A DNA stretch of 64,000 bases from Octopus sinensis (GCF_006345805.1 NC_043009.1:21824001-21888000), one strand, 5' to 3'. Positions 1 to 13,000 are shown, counted from the stretch's first letter. Program-made: numbers and translations. The notes: generated from the sequence alone by a model not told the origin.

Positions 1-1077
1 AACCAAGCTGAGGCACCATCTTGAACAAATCAACCCCAGGAATTTTTTTTTTCTTTCCTACTCTAGTCACAAGGCCCAAAATTTTTGGGGAGGGGGCCAG
101 TCAATTAGATCAACCCCAGTATGCAACTGGTACTTAATTTATTGATCCCGAAAGGATGAAAGGCAAAATCTACCTTGGCAGAATTTGAACTCAGAACAGA
201 CAAAATATCGCTAAGCATTTCGCCCGGCATCCTTAAAAAAAAATGTTTCAGCCTGAAGGCTGCGGCCATGCTGGGGCACCACCGCATGCTAACATTTCTG
301 CAAGCTCACTGCCATTTTTTTTTAAAGCCAAGTACTGTCGAACTGCTAAGTTATGGGAATGTAAACATACTAACACCAGTTGTCAAGTGGTGATGGGGAG
401 ACAAACCACACAGACATACACACAACGGGCTTCTTTCAGTTTCCATCTGCCAAATCCACTCACAATGCTTTGATTAGCCCAAGGCTTTAGTAGATGATGT
501 GCCATGTATATATGTACACATATATATAATTTCTTATATATCTCTCACATCTTTTTCTTGCTCATTCTGTGTCACAACTTTCCCTTTAGTTGCCTGGAGC
601 TCCAGTGCTCATGCACGTGTGTGTGTAGTGGTGGGGGATGTAACTAGTGATTTTCAACAGCTGCAGAGGAATAGCGTCAGCAACCGACCAGCCTACAGAT
701 GTGTGACAAAATATGAGAAAAAATTTTGACACCTGTAGTTGTGATACCAGTGCCAGTGGCACGTAAGAGAACCATCCGTTCGTGGCTGTTGCCAGCCTCG
801 CCTGGCCCTCATGCCGGTGGCACGTAAAAAGCACCATCCGATCATGGCTGTTTGCCAGCCTCGTCTGGCACGTAAAAAGCACCCACTACACTCATGGAGT
901 GGTTGGCGTTAAGATGGGCATCCAGCCGTAGAAACATTGCCAGATCAGATTGGGCCTGGTGCAGCCTTCTGGCTTCCCAGACCCCAGTTGAACCGTCCAA
1001 CCCATGCTAGCATGGAAACCGGACGCTAAACGATGATGATGATGATGATGATGATTAGCATAACTAACAAAAACAAA

Positions 1078-1432
1078 AATAAGAGCACTTGGAGAGCACA
1101 AACCTCCTCCAAGATAACACTGACGACCTCTCAATGATTGGCCAGAGATGATTTTTAAAATGAGAATATCTGAAATAACCTCAACTGCTCTCACAAATGA
1201 GAATACTAAAAATGAACCTGACCACTCTCAAAAATAAAGTAAAAAAAACCAAAAAAAATCCAGAATCTTTGTCCAGTACAGGATCGATCCCAAAATCTAA
1301 TCAGCTCGTGGCAGTTATGAGGCCAAATATCCCTGAAAGTTTCATTGGAATCCATCCAGCGTTCTTGAGATATCTTATCCATGGACAAACAAACAACTGG
1401 AAACAATACCTCTGCTAAGGCAGAGGTAATAA
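1078..1432 (+). mobile_element. Helentron/HINE-like non-autonomous element
   Basis: Ends in a (CAAA)n microsatellite and the perfect 3' stem-loop ACCTCTGC-taag-GCAGAGGT (1408-1427). A related motif aacctcctccaag lies near the 5' end. Confidence 0.55.
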
Positions 1433-2109
1433 ATAGGTATGAATGTGTGTATGTGGCTATTATGAATACAACCCATGATAGACAATTGTTTCAGGTTTAG
1501 AATCTCAAATCAAGTCACCAAACAAGTATAACTTTGAAATATGTGCATGTGTTTTGTCTTTTTTTTTATTTGTTTTTGTTTTTTTGTTTCAGCTATTCAA
1601 TTGTAACGATATATATGTGTGTGTGCGTTTTATAAACGTATATGATACAAATTGCAGGTGATCATAAAAATAATATACATATATAGATAGATAAGTTAGG
1701 TAGATAATCTTTTACTTGTTTCAGTCATTAGACTGTGGCCATGCTGGGGCACTGCTTTAGTCATTTGACTGCAGCCGTGCTGGAGCACTACCTTTAGTCA
1801 AGCAAATCAACACCAGGGCTTATTCTTTGTAAGCCTAGTACTTATTCTATTGGTCTCTTTTGCCAAACAGCTAAGTTACGGGGATGTAAACACACCAGCA
1901 TCAGTTGTCAAGTGATGTTGGGGGGACAAACACACACACGTACATATACGATGGGCTTCTTTCAGTTTCCGTCTACCAAATCCATTCACAAGGCTTTGGT
2001 TGGCCTGAGACTATAGTAGAAGACACTTGCCCAAGGTGCCATGCAGTGGGACTGAACCTGGGACCATGTGGTTGGTAGGCAAGCTACTTAGCACACAGCC
2101 ACTTCTGTG

Positions 2110-2161
<52 letters not shown>

Positions 2162-2695
2162 TCTTATTCTATTGGTCTCTTTTGCAGAACTGCTAAGTTA
2201 CAGGAACGTAAATACACCAACACCAGTTGTCAAGCATTGGGGAGGACAAGCACAGACACACACACACACAACAGGTTTCTTTCAGTTTCCATCTACCAGG
2301 TCCACACACAAGGCCTTAGTCAGCCTAAGTCTATAGTAGAAGACACTTGCCGAAGCTGCCATGCAGTAAGACTGAACCCAGAACCATGTGGTTGGGAAGC
2401 AAACTACTTACCACACAGCCACACCTGCATTATATATAATTTCTTTTTTTTTTACAAATATTTTGAAGAAAAACGAATGGGAACTTATAACTGATTGTTT
2501 TTGCATTTTTTTCTTTGTTATTAAAATTGAATAAAATTGAACTGCAAGTAATTTTGTGTGTGCGCAAAATTGCATTGGACCCCCTGGCCAATAACTGATG
2601 AAGAGTTGGTGACCTGTGTCTGTTTGTACCCTTAAGTTTTGTTACCTTTACACATACATATATATATTTATTTATTTCTTTTTCTGTATTTCTAG

Positions 2696-2779
2696 GGAGA
2701 TCAGTCTACTTAAACAGCTCCACCATAAGAACATCATTAAATTGATTGATGTTCTTTACAATGAAGAGAAACAGAAAAT
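2696..2779 (+). CDS. STK11: STK11/LKB1 coding exon 2
   Basis: Acceptor tctag. Translates [27 protein letters not shown](M), matching human [28 protein letters not shown]. 84 bp, as in human exon 2. Donor GTATCCTT. Confidence 0.97.
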
Positions 2780-3489
2780 GTATCCTTCTATTCATTTGCC
2801 AGCATCTTGTATGTTTTTCTGTTTTTTCTTTCTTTTCATTTCTTTCTCAACTCTTCTGCCAGCAAGCAGGCTAGTTAAACTATTAGTTAAATCTGAGCTA
2901 CTTTAATCAATGTAGTGGGCCAAAAAGTTTTTTAATCAGTTAAAGTTACACCCATAACAAAAGAGAAGTTAGTGTTAGTAACAATTTTTGTCAAGAGGGA
3001 CAAAAGGAGAGAATTCTGAAATTTAAACTGATTAAAAATTAAATGGATTTAAGCAGTTAACTTTAGGTTGTGTCTAATATTCAGAACTATCTGATGATGT
3101 CTAAACTTTTCTTTTTATTATTGTCTGATATAAGGCAACAAGCTGGCAGAATCATTAGCACTCCTGGTGAAATGCTTAGTTGTATTTCGTCAGCCAGTAT
3201 GTTCTGTGTTCAAATTCTGCTGAGGTCGACTTTTCCTTTCATCCTTTTGGGGTTGATGAAATAAGTACCAGTTATGCACTAGGGTTGATATAATCGATGA
3301 GCCTACTTCCCCCAAAATTTTCAAAGGCCTTGTGCCTAGATTAGAAATGATTACTGTTTAATATAGTTTTGTTTAGATCATTTTATCAGTGTGAGTTTAA
3401 AGATTGAGGGCAACTGACAACTGAAACAAAGAGCCGTGTGTTTTATATTGCAATGAGCTCAATCACTGGTTTACATCATTTATGATGTA

Positions 3490-4015
3490 AACCAGGCAGG
3501 ACAAGTGAGCCCAGCCCACTTATGCATGCCTTTCCTCCCTTGGACACAAAGACCTGTTGAGGCAAGCGAAGTCGATATCGAACCTCATCCGACGACAGGC
3601 ACCCATGCCAACCCCCTTTGCTTGCGAAGACATGTTGGGGCAAGTGAAATCGAAATAATCCTATGACTGGCACCCGGCAGATGCCAGGACCCCTGGACTG
3701 GTGGTACATAAAAAGCACTATCCAAATCGTGGCCGATGCCAGCGCCGCCTCGACTGGCTTCTGTGCCGGTGGCACGTAAATTGCACCAATCCAACCGTGG
3801 CTGTTGCCAGCCTTGCCTGGCACCTGTGCGGGTGGCACGTAAAAAGCACCCACTACACTCACGGAGTGGTTGGCGTTAGGTAGGGCATCCAGCTGTAGAA
3901 ACATTGCCAGATAAGACTGGAGCCTGGTGCAGCCTTCTGGCTTCCTAGATCCCTGGTCGAACCGTCCAACCCATGCTAGCATGGAGAACGGACGTTAAAC
4001 GATGATGATGATGAT
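3490..4015 (+). mobile_element. RTE-like LINE 3' end (from the ORF2 stop to the tail)
   Basis: Starts caggcaggacaagtgag, the same ORF2 end as 60041-60060 on -. Ends gacgttaaacgatgatgatgatgat. Further 3'-end copies at about 735-1054(+), 5190-5370(-), 6853-7140(-), 9960-10410(+), 15520-15710(-), 23640-23935(-), 37310-37490(-), 38775-39060(-), 58890-59196(-) and 63590-63860(-). Confidence 0.85.
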
Positions 4016-6339
4016 AACCAAACTGACAAGGGAGTGTGTATAACTCAGTTCCGAACAAATATTTTTAAAAAAAGTAGTAGAATTTCTTTTGCTTTTCTTG
4101 TTCAAAATTTACCTCCTTCATTGAAAGATGGGCTTCCTTGTAATTTCCATGTGCCAAGTTCTACTCACAATATATTGGTCAACTCGAAGCTACAGTAGAA
4201 GATAATTACCAAAAGGCATCATGCAGTGAGATTGAACCCAGAACTACTTAGTTGAGAACTGAATATCTTAGCCACTTAGCTATGCCTATTTTGTGACATT
4301 TTTTTGTATGCTTTGTTCAGATGTCTGAAATGTTTCACATTTGCAAAGGTCAGTGTTAATGAAATTCATAAGGTTCTTGACATCCACAAATTATATTATT
4401 ACTTTTAATCGCTTTCAGCTGCTTGACTTTATTGTGGTTGTTATTGTTGTTGCTGCAGCTAGCTGCTATTGATTAAATTGTTTATACAAACATTTGATTA
4501 TTATTAGTATTAAGGCAGTGAGCTGGCAGAATTGTTAGCACACTGGACAAAATGCTTAGCAGTATTTTGCCCCTTTGCTACGTTCTGAGTTCAAATTCTG
4601 CCAAGATCAACTTTACCTTTCATCCTTTCTTGGTCAATAAATTAAGTACCAGTTGAGTAATAGGGTCAGTGTAATTGACTATTACCCTCCCCCAAATTTC
4701 AGACCTTGTGACTATAATAGAAAAGATTATTATTATTTAGGCAATGAACTAGCAGAACCATTAGCATGCCAGGCAAAATGCATAATGGCATTTTGTCCAT
4801 CTTCGCATTCTGAATTCAAATTCCGCCAAGGTTGACTGCTTTTCATCCTTTCAGGGTTGATAAAATAAGTACCAGTTGAGTACTGGAGGTTGATGTAATC
4901 GATTTATTCCCTCCTTGAAATTGTTGGCCTTGTGCCAGAATTTGAAACCATTATTATTATTATTGCATCATCAATCTAGTCCGATTATTTTATCTGTACA
5001 TGTAATTGCTTCTAGTCCCTCACAGAGAGTCTACACTAACTTTGAAAAATCCTCCTACTGTCATTACACGATCATGATAACTCTATAAATAACACTCTAA
5101 CATTTAACTTTTTACTAGATATGTTTCTTGTTTAGGCCTCATCTTCTCTGTTGGATTCATTTTCATCATCTAACATTCATTTTCATCATCTAACATTCAT
5201 TTTCTATGCAGGCCTGGGTTGGATGATTGGCAAGAGCTGGCAAGCCAGAGATCTGCACCAGGTTCCAGCTGTCTGTTTCAGCAATGTTTCTACCGCTGGA
5301 TGCCCTTCTTTATGCCAACCACTTTACAGACTGTACTTGGGTGCTTTTATTGTGGCACCAGCACAAAATTCATCTCAAACTCTCCTTCTCTGCTCTGCAG
5401 TTGTCTAACACAAAATTTTTTTCACTCCTTCAACCATAACAGGGTTTTTGGTCCTGATGAGGTTCTTTTCATTATCCTCAAGCCAGGGTATGAGATCTCT
5501 TGCCACAGCTATTTTGGTACCACTTATTGGGCATTGCTGATTCAACACTAACTTGACATCAGACATTTTAATGTTTCTCTCTCCCTCCCTCTCTTCCTCT
5601 CTCTCTCTTCCACCCCTCTCTCTCGCCATCCTTATCTTTCTCAGTCACTCTATCTGTATGTTTATATTTCTGTGCATTCATGTGTGTATGTCTGTTTGCC
5701 TACAGTGCCAAAAAGTACTTTCATCAAAACAGGTTGAATGTCCAGTCAGCCATGTCAATCATCAGCATCCTAACAGCTGTACCCAGTTGTCTCATTCTGC
5801 TCAATCCATGCTTCAGAGCCTCCTGCTGCTTATTCTCATTAAATTCATCAATCTTTCCCTCCATTGGGATACAGCCAATCTGTCAAACCACTTTACAGTA
5901 TGATCCATTCTCAAAAAGGGCTCTTTCTCTGACTGACCATTACTGGCTATCTCTATCCCCTCTTCTCTCATTGTTGACAGAAACAGTCTTAAATAAATCA
6001 TTTTGTCCAACTTCTGTCACTCTCTCTCTCTCTCTCTCTCTCCTTTCTCAGATACAGCTAATATGGTTTCTGCAGGACTGGTTTTAGTAGGGACCTTACC
6101 TCCTGAGAATATAGGTGAAAGCAGTGTTGCCCTTCACATGAGTACAACCTTTGATGCTTCTTGGGAACCTCCTGGAATGGTACTGCTACACATACACAAG
6201 CATGTAGTTATACTAAAGGGACAGAGGATGTTGAAATATTAAAATTACAGTGATACCTCACCATACAAGATTAATTTCTTCCATGACCAAGCTCATCTTA
6301 CAATTTATGCGTTTTACAAATCAACTTTCCCCATTGAAA

Positions 6340-6438
6340 TTAACTACAATGTAATTAATCCATTTCAGCCTCCAAAAACCACTCAATAATTTTTTTATGG
6401 GTTTTAAAACAGAAAAAGTAAAGTTACAATGTAGTTAA
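6340..6438. mobile_element. Small MITE-like inverted repeat
   Basis: ttaactacaatgtaa ... ttacaatgtagttaa, 14 of 15 bases complementary. Confidence 0.5.
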
Positions 6439-6749
6439 ATGGCAATTATAAAAAAGATAATGCAAAAGAAATATGTAAACTGGTTTTATTAACTGAATTA
6501 CCTTAGAGATGGGACAAATTGTGTACTCATCATACTGTAAGACAAAAATTCACACATGTCTCGGCTCGTACAGCAAATTACTCATACAATGAGACCCTTG
6601 TATTGTGAGGTTCTGCTGTATTTGATTCCCCAAAGTCAACTTTGGTCAGGTGTCAAAACATAAGGCATGGGGAAGTGGCAGGCCACTGTTAGGCAGGGGA
6701 GAAATTTCTATCATTTTTGAATGTTTGTTCTTTAACTAAGATATCACAG

Positions 6750-6839
6750 GTATATGGTGATGGAGTTCTGTGTCGGCGAATTGCAAGAGATGCTTGAAAA
6801 TACTCCAGAGAAAAAGTTTCCAGTTTGGCAGGCCCATGG
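6750..6839 (+). CDS. STK11: STK11 coding exon 3
   Basis: Acceptor cacag. [29 protein letters not shown](G). 90 bp, as in human exon 3. Donor GTGAGT. Confidence 0.97.
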
Positions 6840-7452
6840 GTGAGTATGAGGTCATCATCATTTAACGTCCGCTTTCCATGCTAGCATGAGTTGGATGATT
6901 TGACTGAGGTCTGGTGAACCAGATGGCTGCACCAGGCTCCAGTCTGACCTGGCAGAGTTTCTACAGCTGGATGCCCTCCCTAACGCCAACTACTCCGAGA
7001 GTGTAGTGGGTGCTTTTATGTGCTACCGACACAAGAGCCAGTCAGGTGGTACTGACAATAGCCACACTCAAATGGTACTTTTTATGTGCCACCTGCACAG
7101 GAGCCAGTCCAGCGGCACTGGCAGTGACCTCGCTCGAGGTTTTATAATATAGATATTTCTGTTTGCTGTTAAGCTTTCTTTAAAACTGGACCAAAAAGAT
7201 ATTGTAGACTGGAATTCATTTCATATATTCTTTTATTTGTTTCAGTCATTTGAGTGTGGCCATGCTGGAGCACTGCAGTCAAACAAATCAACCCCAGGAC
7301 TTATTCTTTGTAAGCCTGGTACTTATTCTATCGGTCTATTTCGCCAAACTGCTAAGTTACAGGGACGTAAGCACACCAACAGCAGTTGTTAAGCAATGGT
7401 GGTGGTGGGCGGGGGGGCAAACACAGACACACTAACATATATATACATATAC

Positions 7453-7488
<36 letters not shown>

Positions 7489-7655
7489 GACAGGCTTCTT
7501 TCAGTTTCCATTTACCAAATCCACTCACAAGGCTTCGGTCGACCTGAGGCTATAGTAGAAGACAGTTGCCCTAGGTGCTACGCAGTGGGAATGAACTTGG
7601 AACCATGTGGTTGGTAAGCAAGCTACTTACCATACAACCACTCGTGCGCCTATAC

Positions 7656-7686
<31 letters not shown>

Positions 7687-8163
7687 TATATACATATATA
7701 TATATATACACTCATACACACACATATATACATATATATACACACACACACATGTGTGTGCATGTAGATGTGCATGGCTTAGTGGGTTGCACCAGTGATC
7801 ATAGAATTGTGGTTTTGATTCCTGGAGCAGGCAATGTTCTTGAGCAAAACACTTCATTTCACATTACTCCCATCCACTCAGCTGGCAAAAGTGAATATTT
7901 CTGTGGTAGACTGGCATCCTGTCCAGGGAAGAATATGTATAGGCCACAGAATCCAGTAAACTAACCTTACAAGCCATAGCTTAAAAAAGGTTTTTATCCT
8001 TTAGATACAGGTGTGTGTGTATAAACATTGAACAATGAGAATGTGCGTTCACCATCACATGGATGTATAAAATTTCTTTGTGTATTGAGACTACTATTGG
8101 TTTCATGTTAAAATATCTTAATATCTTTCTCTCTATATATATGTGTGTGTGTGTATATATATG

Positions 8164-8220
<57 letters not shown>

Positions 8221-8654
8221 CTTTTTCTCTTTGTCTGTCTGTTCCTTATGCATTCTCAAATGACTCCACCAAATCAAATCAAATTTTACAAAGTAATAGT
8301 TGTTACACCCCATGAGTGTTGACATGTAATTTTGTATATGAGTGTGTATGTATCTGTGAGTGTATGTGTATTTGTTTGTTCATTGCTTATAAGATAGTAA
8401 AGGACATTTTATACCACGACGATGACACATCTCTATCATTCTCTCTTCATTCTGTCTAGCATTTACTGTTGTAACAATGTCTGGTACCAAAAAAATTATT
8501 TTAGCTACTTTCATTGTTTACAATCTTCTGTACCAGTGTATTTGTGAACACCAACTCATAGAATGTTAGAAAGGCTAAAAGGTCAAACAAAAACATTGTA
8601 CCGGTGTATTTGTGTATCAGTAAATAACCATGGGTAAATATTTTGTAAAGAACC

Positions 8655-9242
8655 TGTTTGTTTAAGACAAGCAGGAGGACCCAGTTTCACTCAGGGGTGA
8701 ACCTGTTTGTACCTCAGTGTGAAATTATTTTTTTCTACAGGTTTTTTTTTAGTGCATTCAATGTATCTGACCTCCAAACTCACTGCAAGCCACTCTTTTC
8801 CCCAAAAAGAATGTGGGGAGGGGTCAAAAAATTATTTCACAGCGAAACATCAGCCGGTCCTTTATCACAAATAGCTGTTACGTGGTAGTAGGGCATGCTA
8901 CAAATAGCTGCCAAAATCTTTCCTTTTCTGGAGAAAGAATCCGTTTACATGCGATTTTGATGTCACATTCGTTGAAAGCATGCGAAATAACCTGGGAAAG
9001 AAAAACAAAGACCTGTGAAACAAAACTCTGTTGGTGGGAAACTCTGAGGTCCCCAACACCCCTACACTCCTTCTTTTCCAGAAAACTGTGGCTTGCAGCA
9101 GGTTTGGAGGTCAGATACATTGAATACACTCGAAAAAACTTGTGGAAAAAATTATTATTTCACACCGAGGTACAAACAGGTCCTTTACGAAATATTTACC
9201 CCCCGAGTGAAACCAGGTCCTCGTGCTTGTCTTAAATAAACA
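8655..9242. mobile_element. Fold-back/MITE element with about 150-bp inverted arms (STK11 intron 3)
   Basis: Left tgtttgtttaagacaagcaggaggacccagtttcactc...ctgcaagccac is the reverse complement, with mismatches, of right gtggcttgcag...gagtgaaaccaggtcctcgtgcttgtcttaaataaaca. Confidence 0.85.
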
Positions 9243-9363
9243 ATTTTTCAACGCAGGAGGGATTGGTTTGGTGAGTTGTGTTCTGTCTTGCCTTCGAGGC
9301 GCACTGGAGTCGAACTAGTGACGGCTGATGAAGGGGATTTTTCCTTGTGTGGTTTGTCCTGTA

Positions 9364-9486
9364 CTCTGTTTTTCTGTTGTAAAAAAATGGTTTTTCTGTT
9401 TTCGTTTCTCGTTGAGTTCTGCGTCTCTGTTTTTCTGTTGTGAAAAAGTGTTTTTTCTGTTTTCGTTTCTCGTTGAGTTCTGCGTC
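9364..9486. repeat. Tandem duplication of a unit of about 62 bp
   Basis: ctctgtttttctgttgt(a/g)aaaaa...tttttctgttttcgtttctcgttgagttctgcgt occurs twice. Confidence 0.85.
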
Positions 9487-11214
9487 TAGTTGTGGTGTCC
9501 TGTACTCACGTATATGTGTTTATATATGCATGTATATATGCATGTGGATGTGGGTACGTACATGTGTGTTTGTGTGTATGCATATATTTTATTTATTACA
9601 CTATTGTTTGACAGCGCCCTCGCGTCGGTTCGATTCAATTCGTTCCGTTCTTATTCTCCCAGTACTGTTTTATATATATATGACAAGCTTCTTTCAGTTT
9701 CCACCTACCAAATCCACTCACAAGGCTTTGGTTGGCCTGAGGCTATAGTAGAAGGCACTTGCCCAAGGTGCCATGCAGTGGGACTGAACCCAGAACCATG
9801 TGGTTAGGAAGCAACCTTCTTACCACACAGCCACACCTGGTGATTGTATTTTATTTAATTTAAAGCAGAAGATTCTTTTCTCTAAATAGTTAGATTAATC
9901 TACAAATTATGACATAATTTTTCTTCTTTTTCCTTTTGTGTATGTTACATTACCATTTTTTTTTTTTACATGACTGGCATACATGCTTGTGGATTGCTAA
10001 GATTACCATACGAGCATGATCGTTGCCAGAGCAACAAGCTGGCCTCCATGCCGGTGGCATGTAAAAAGCACCATTCAAACGTGATCATTACCTGCATCGC
10101 CTTACTGGCACCTGTGCTGGTGATACATGAAAAAACAGTCGAGCAAGGTCATTGCCAGTGCCGGCACACAAAAAGCACCATTTGAGCGTGGCCGTTGCCA
10201 GTACTGCCTGACTGGCCCTCGTGCCGGTGGCTTCTGAAAGCACCCACTACACTCTCGGAGTGGTTGGCGTTAGGAAGGGCATCCAGCTGTAGAAACTCTG
10301 CCAGATCAAGATTGGAGCCTGGTGCAGCCATCTGGTTTGCCAGACATCAGTCAAATCGTCCAATCCATGCCAGCATGGAAAGTGTACGTTAAACAATGAT
10401 GATGATGATGAGCACATGGAGGAATGGAGTTCATCTCCGTTTTGGATGAAAACACCCATATATATATAAATGCACAAGTATTTTCAAGCACCAGATGAAA
10501 ATTCTTAAATGTAATAACGTCAATATTGTTTTCTTTTTTCCTTTATTTCGTTCCATTCATCTCCATTTCATTTCCTTAGAAAATCCGAAGACTTTCTGTA
10601 TCTGTATATAAATAAATTCCCTCCTTCATTTCTTCTGACTAACCTCATTATTACTAATATACTATTTTGTACACTGCAAAAAATGTTTTACATATATATG
10701 TGTTCATCTTGTATTATCATCATCATCATTTCTTGGCTAGGTCGCTTGGTTTAACACAAGAATGTTATAATAGCGCTGCCATCATCATCAACAGCTAGGC
10801 TAAGCTAACTCAGCTGAGCTTGTTACATCATCATCACTATAGTCCTCATCTGTTAGCATATCTTTATCACTACAACCATCAAAACTGCACCATCACACCT
10901 ACTTTTCATGTCAGAGGTAACTTGTGCATTTGCGAAATAAGTTTGTTTATTGTGGAGTGCTTAGATTAACCCTCATGTGGCACATCAGAGTAAATCAGGC
11001 TCTTGATTCCTCACAATCTCATTTCCTTTTCTCTGTTAGTCATACGTGTGCTATCACCACTACCACCACCAACTCTCTTACTACTACTACTACCTCTTTC
11101 TCATATTTGTGCTGGCCATCTGGTCGAGTTATATTTGTCCATCTTTCTTCTCTCCTCATCATTTCTTTCCTTGTCTTCATGTTGTTTTAATATTTTTGTG
11201 CTATATATTTGCAG

Positions 11215-11347
11215 ATACTTTGATCAGTTAATTGATGGTCTTGAATACCTCCACAGCCAACGCATTGCTCATAAAGATATCAAACCAGGCAACTTGTTGC
11301 TGACTACTGATGAAACCTTGAAAATATCAGATCTAGGAGTTGCTGAG
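11215..11347 (+). CDS. STK11: STK11 coding exon 4 (catalytic loop [11 protein letters not shown] motif)
   Basis: Acceptor tgcag. [44 protein letters not shown]. 133 bp, as in human exon 4. Donor GTTGAA. Confidence 0.97.
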
Positions 11348-11471
11348 GTTGAACATTTTTTTCTACTTGAAGTTTGATTGATTAATTTTTCTGTTTCTTT
11401 TCCAATCTGATTTTTACTCTTCATTTTATGTTCCACAAAATCAGTAGAATGTTGGAACAACTACCCTTTTT

Positions 11472-12066
11472 GTAATCTTGATCTCCAACCTAAGATGGAG
11501 GTTGTGTTAGAACAGAGAATACTACGTTATTTGCCTTGAGAAGGTCTCTCAAAGACTTGTGGTGCATTAAAGCACTTATAATTATGTCATTGACAGATGA
11601 GAATCATCTGCTATGGCTGTTGGAACTGCCAGATCACATGATTTCACCCTGCTATGGGTTCCTCAGTGACAGCTGTCCATCACTGACATAACAGCTGAAT
11701 CTCCTGTCAACCAAATATAGAATCTCAGTATCTATTCAGGCACTGGTGTTGCAAATATCATCACTATTAATTATTTTTTAATAAACCCACTGGTTATTTG
11801 CAGTCTCAATGCCTAAATAGACACTGAGATTCTATATGACTCTGACAAGAGATCCAGCTGTTATGTTGCTGCTGGACAGCTGTCACTGAAGAATGCATAG
11901 CAGAGTGAAATCATGTGAACTAGCAGCCCTGGTAACTGTAGCAGACAATTGACATCTGTCAACAATGTAATTACAAGTGCTTTTATGCAACACAAGTCAT
12001 TAGATAAATAATGCTGTATTCTATGGTCTAACACAACCTCCACTTTAAGTTGGAGACCAAGATTAC
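11472..12066. mobile_element. 595-bp near-complete palindromic fold-back element (STK11 intron 4)
   Basis: gtaatcttgatctccaacctaag...cagtgacagctgtcc... pairs with ...ggacagctgtcactg...ttaagttggagaccaagattac. The symmetry reaches a short AT loop near 11769. TTTTT flanks both ends. Confidence 0.85.
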
Positions 12067-12429
12067 TTTTTGGAATTAATGCTGTTTCTGTCATGTTTAA
12101 TTACATATTTTGTACTTAGTTTCCTCGATCAATAATCATCAGTAAAATCATTTTAGTCTGCACAAGTGTGGTAGGCAGGGTGTTTGGTTCAGAAGCTTGC
12201 CTCCCAACAGTGTGATCTTGGGTTCAATCTCACTATGCAGCACCATGGGCAAGTGTCTTCTATTATGGCCCCAGGTAGGTCAAAAACTTGTGTCTGGATT
12301 TGGTAGAGAGAAGCTAGAAGAAGCCCATTGTATATGTATGTCTTTGACATCACGTGATGGTGTAAATGAACATCACCATCATATATATATATATATACAC
12401 ACACACATACACAAATGTGTGTGTGTGTG

Positions 12430-12745
12430 TGAAGGCACATGGCTCAGTAGTTAAAGTGTCAGGCTTACAACCATGAGGTAGTAGGTTTGATTCCCAGACC
12501 AAGCTGTGTGTTGTGTTCTTGAGCAAGGCACTTTATTTCATGTTGCTCCAGTTCACTGATCTGTAGAAACGAGTTGCAATGTCACTGATGCCAAGCTGTA
12601 TTGGGCTTTGTTTTTCCTTTGGATAAAATTGATGGGGTGGAGACAGGAAGCTGGTATGCATGGATGACTGCTGGTCTTCCATAAACAACCTTGCTCAGAC
12701 TTGTGCCTCGGAGGGGAACTTTCTAGGTGCAATCCCATGGTCATT
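12430..12745 (+). mobile_element. tRNA-derived SINE family C, representative copy
   Basis: Head catggctcagtagtta...ggtttgattccc, then gtgttcttgagcaaggcactttatttca..ttgctccagttcact. Related copies at about 7783-7965, 45935-46250 and 49965-50215 on +, and 18075-18330, 48110-48260 and 63080-63285 on -. Confidence 0.75.
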
Positions 12746-12752
12746 TTTACCC

Positions 12753-12788
<36 letters not shown>

Positions 12789-13000
12789 TGTGTGTTTGGG
12801 TGTACCCTTGTGTAAACATCACAAAATGATTGCAACCGAGCAGCATAAAGTAAATGCCAAACACCAGTTCTTGATTATTTAAAGAAAAATTAAATGAAAA
12901 AATTGAGATGTGTATTTTGTTACATGTTTGGTCAAAAAGGATTAAAACGATTTTAACCAGTTTTTTTTTCTTTCTCTTTTCCTATTTAAATTCTTCATAG

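Larger units (their letters stand above)
2780..6749 (+). other. STK11: U12-type (minor spliceosome) intron 2 of STK11, GT-AG subtype
   Basis: 5' site GTATCCTT at 2780-2787 (U12 consensus RTATCCTT). Branch-site-like TTCTTTAAC at 6728-6736, 13 nt from the AG. No polypyrimidine tract between them. Same codon position as the human AT-AC intron 2. Confidence 0.92.

Noticed and set aside
3476-3982. 168-aa and similar long ORFs in the track (also 41434-42069, 2027-2494, 54478-54900)
   Set aside because: They lie antisense to or within LINE 3' UTRs and SINEs. They are chance ORFs in repeats.
5705-6240. Coding-looking, GC-richer stretch with partly open frames on both strands
   Set aside because: It contains stops, shows no recognisable domain and has no convincing splice pair. 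Probably a decayed TE, but it cannot be assigned without a search.
9300-9350. gaactagtgacggctgatgaagggg...ccttg, hammerhead-like pieces
   Set aside because: The elements are out of order or incomplete, there is no GAAA after stem II, and the putative cleavage position is G.
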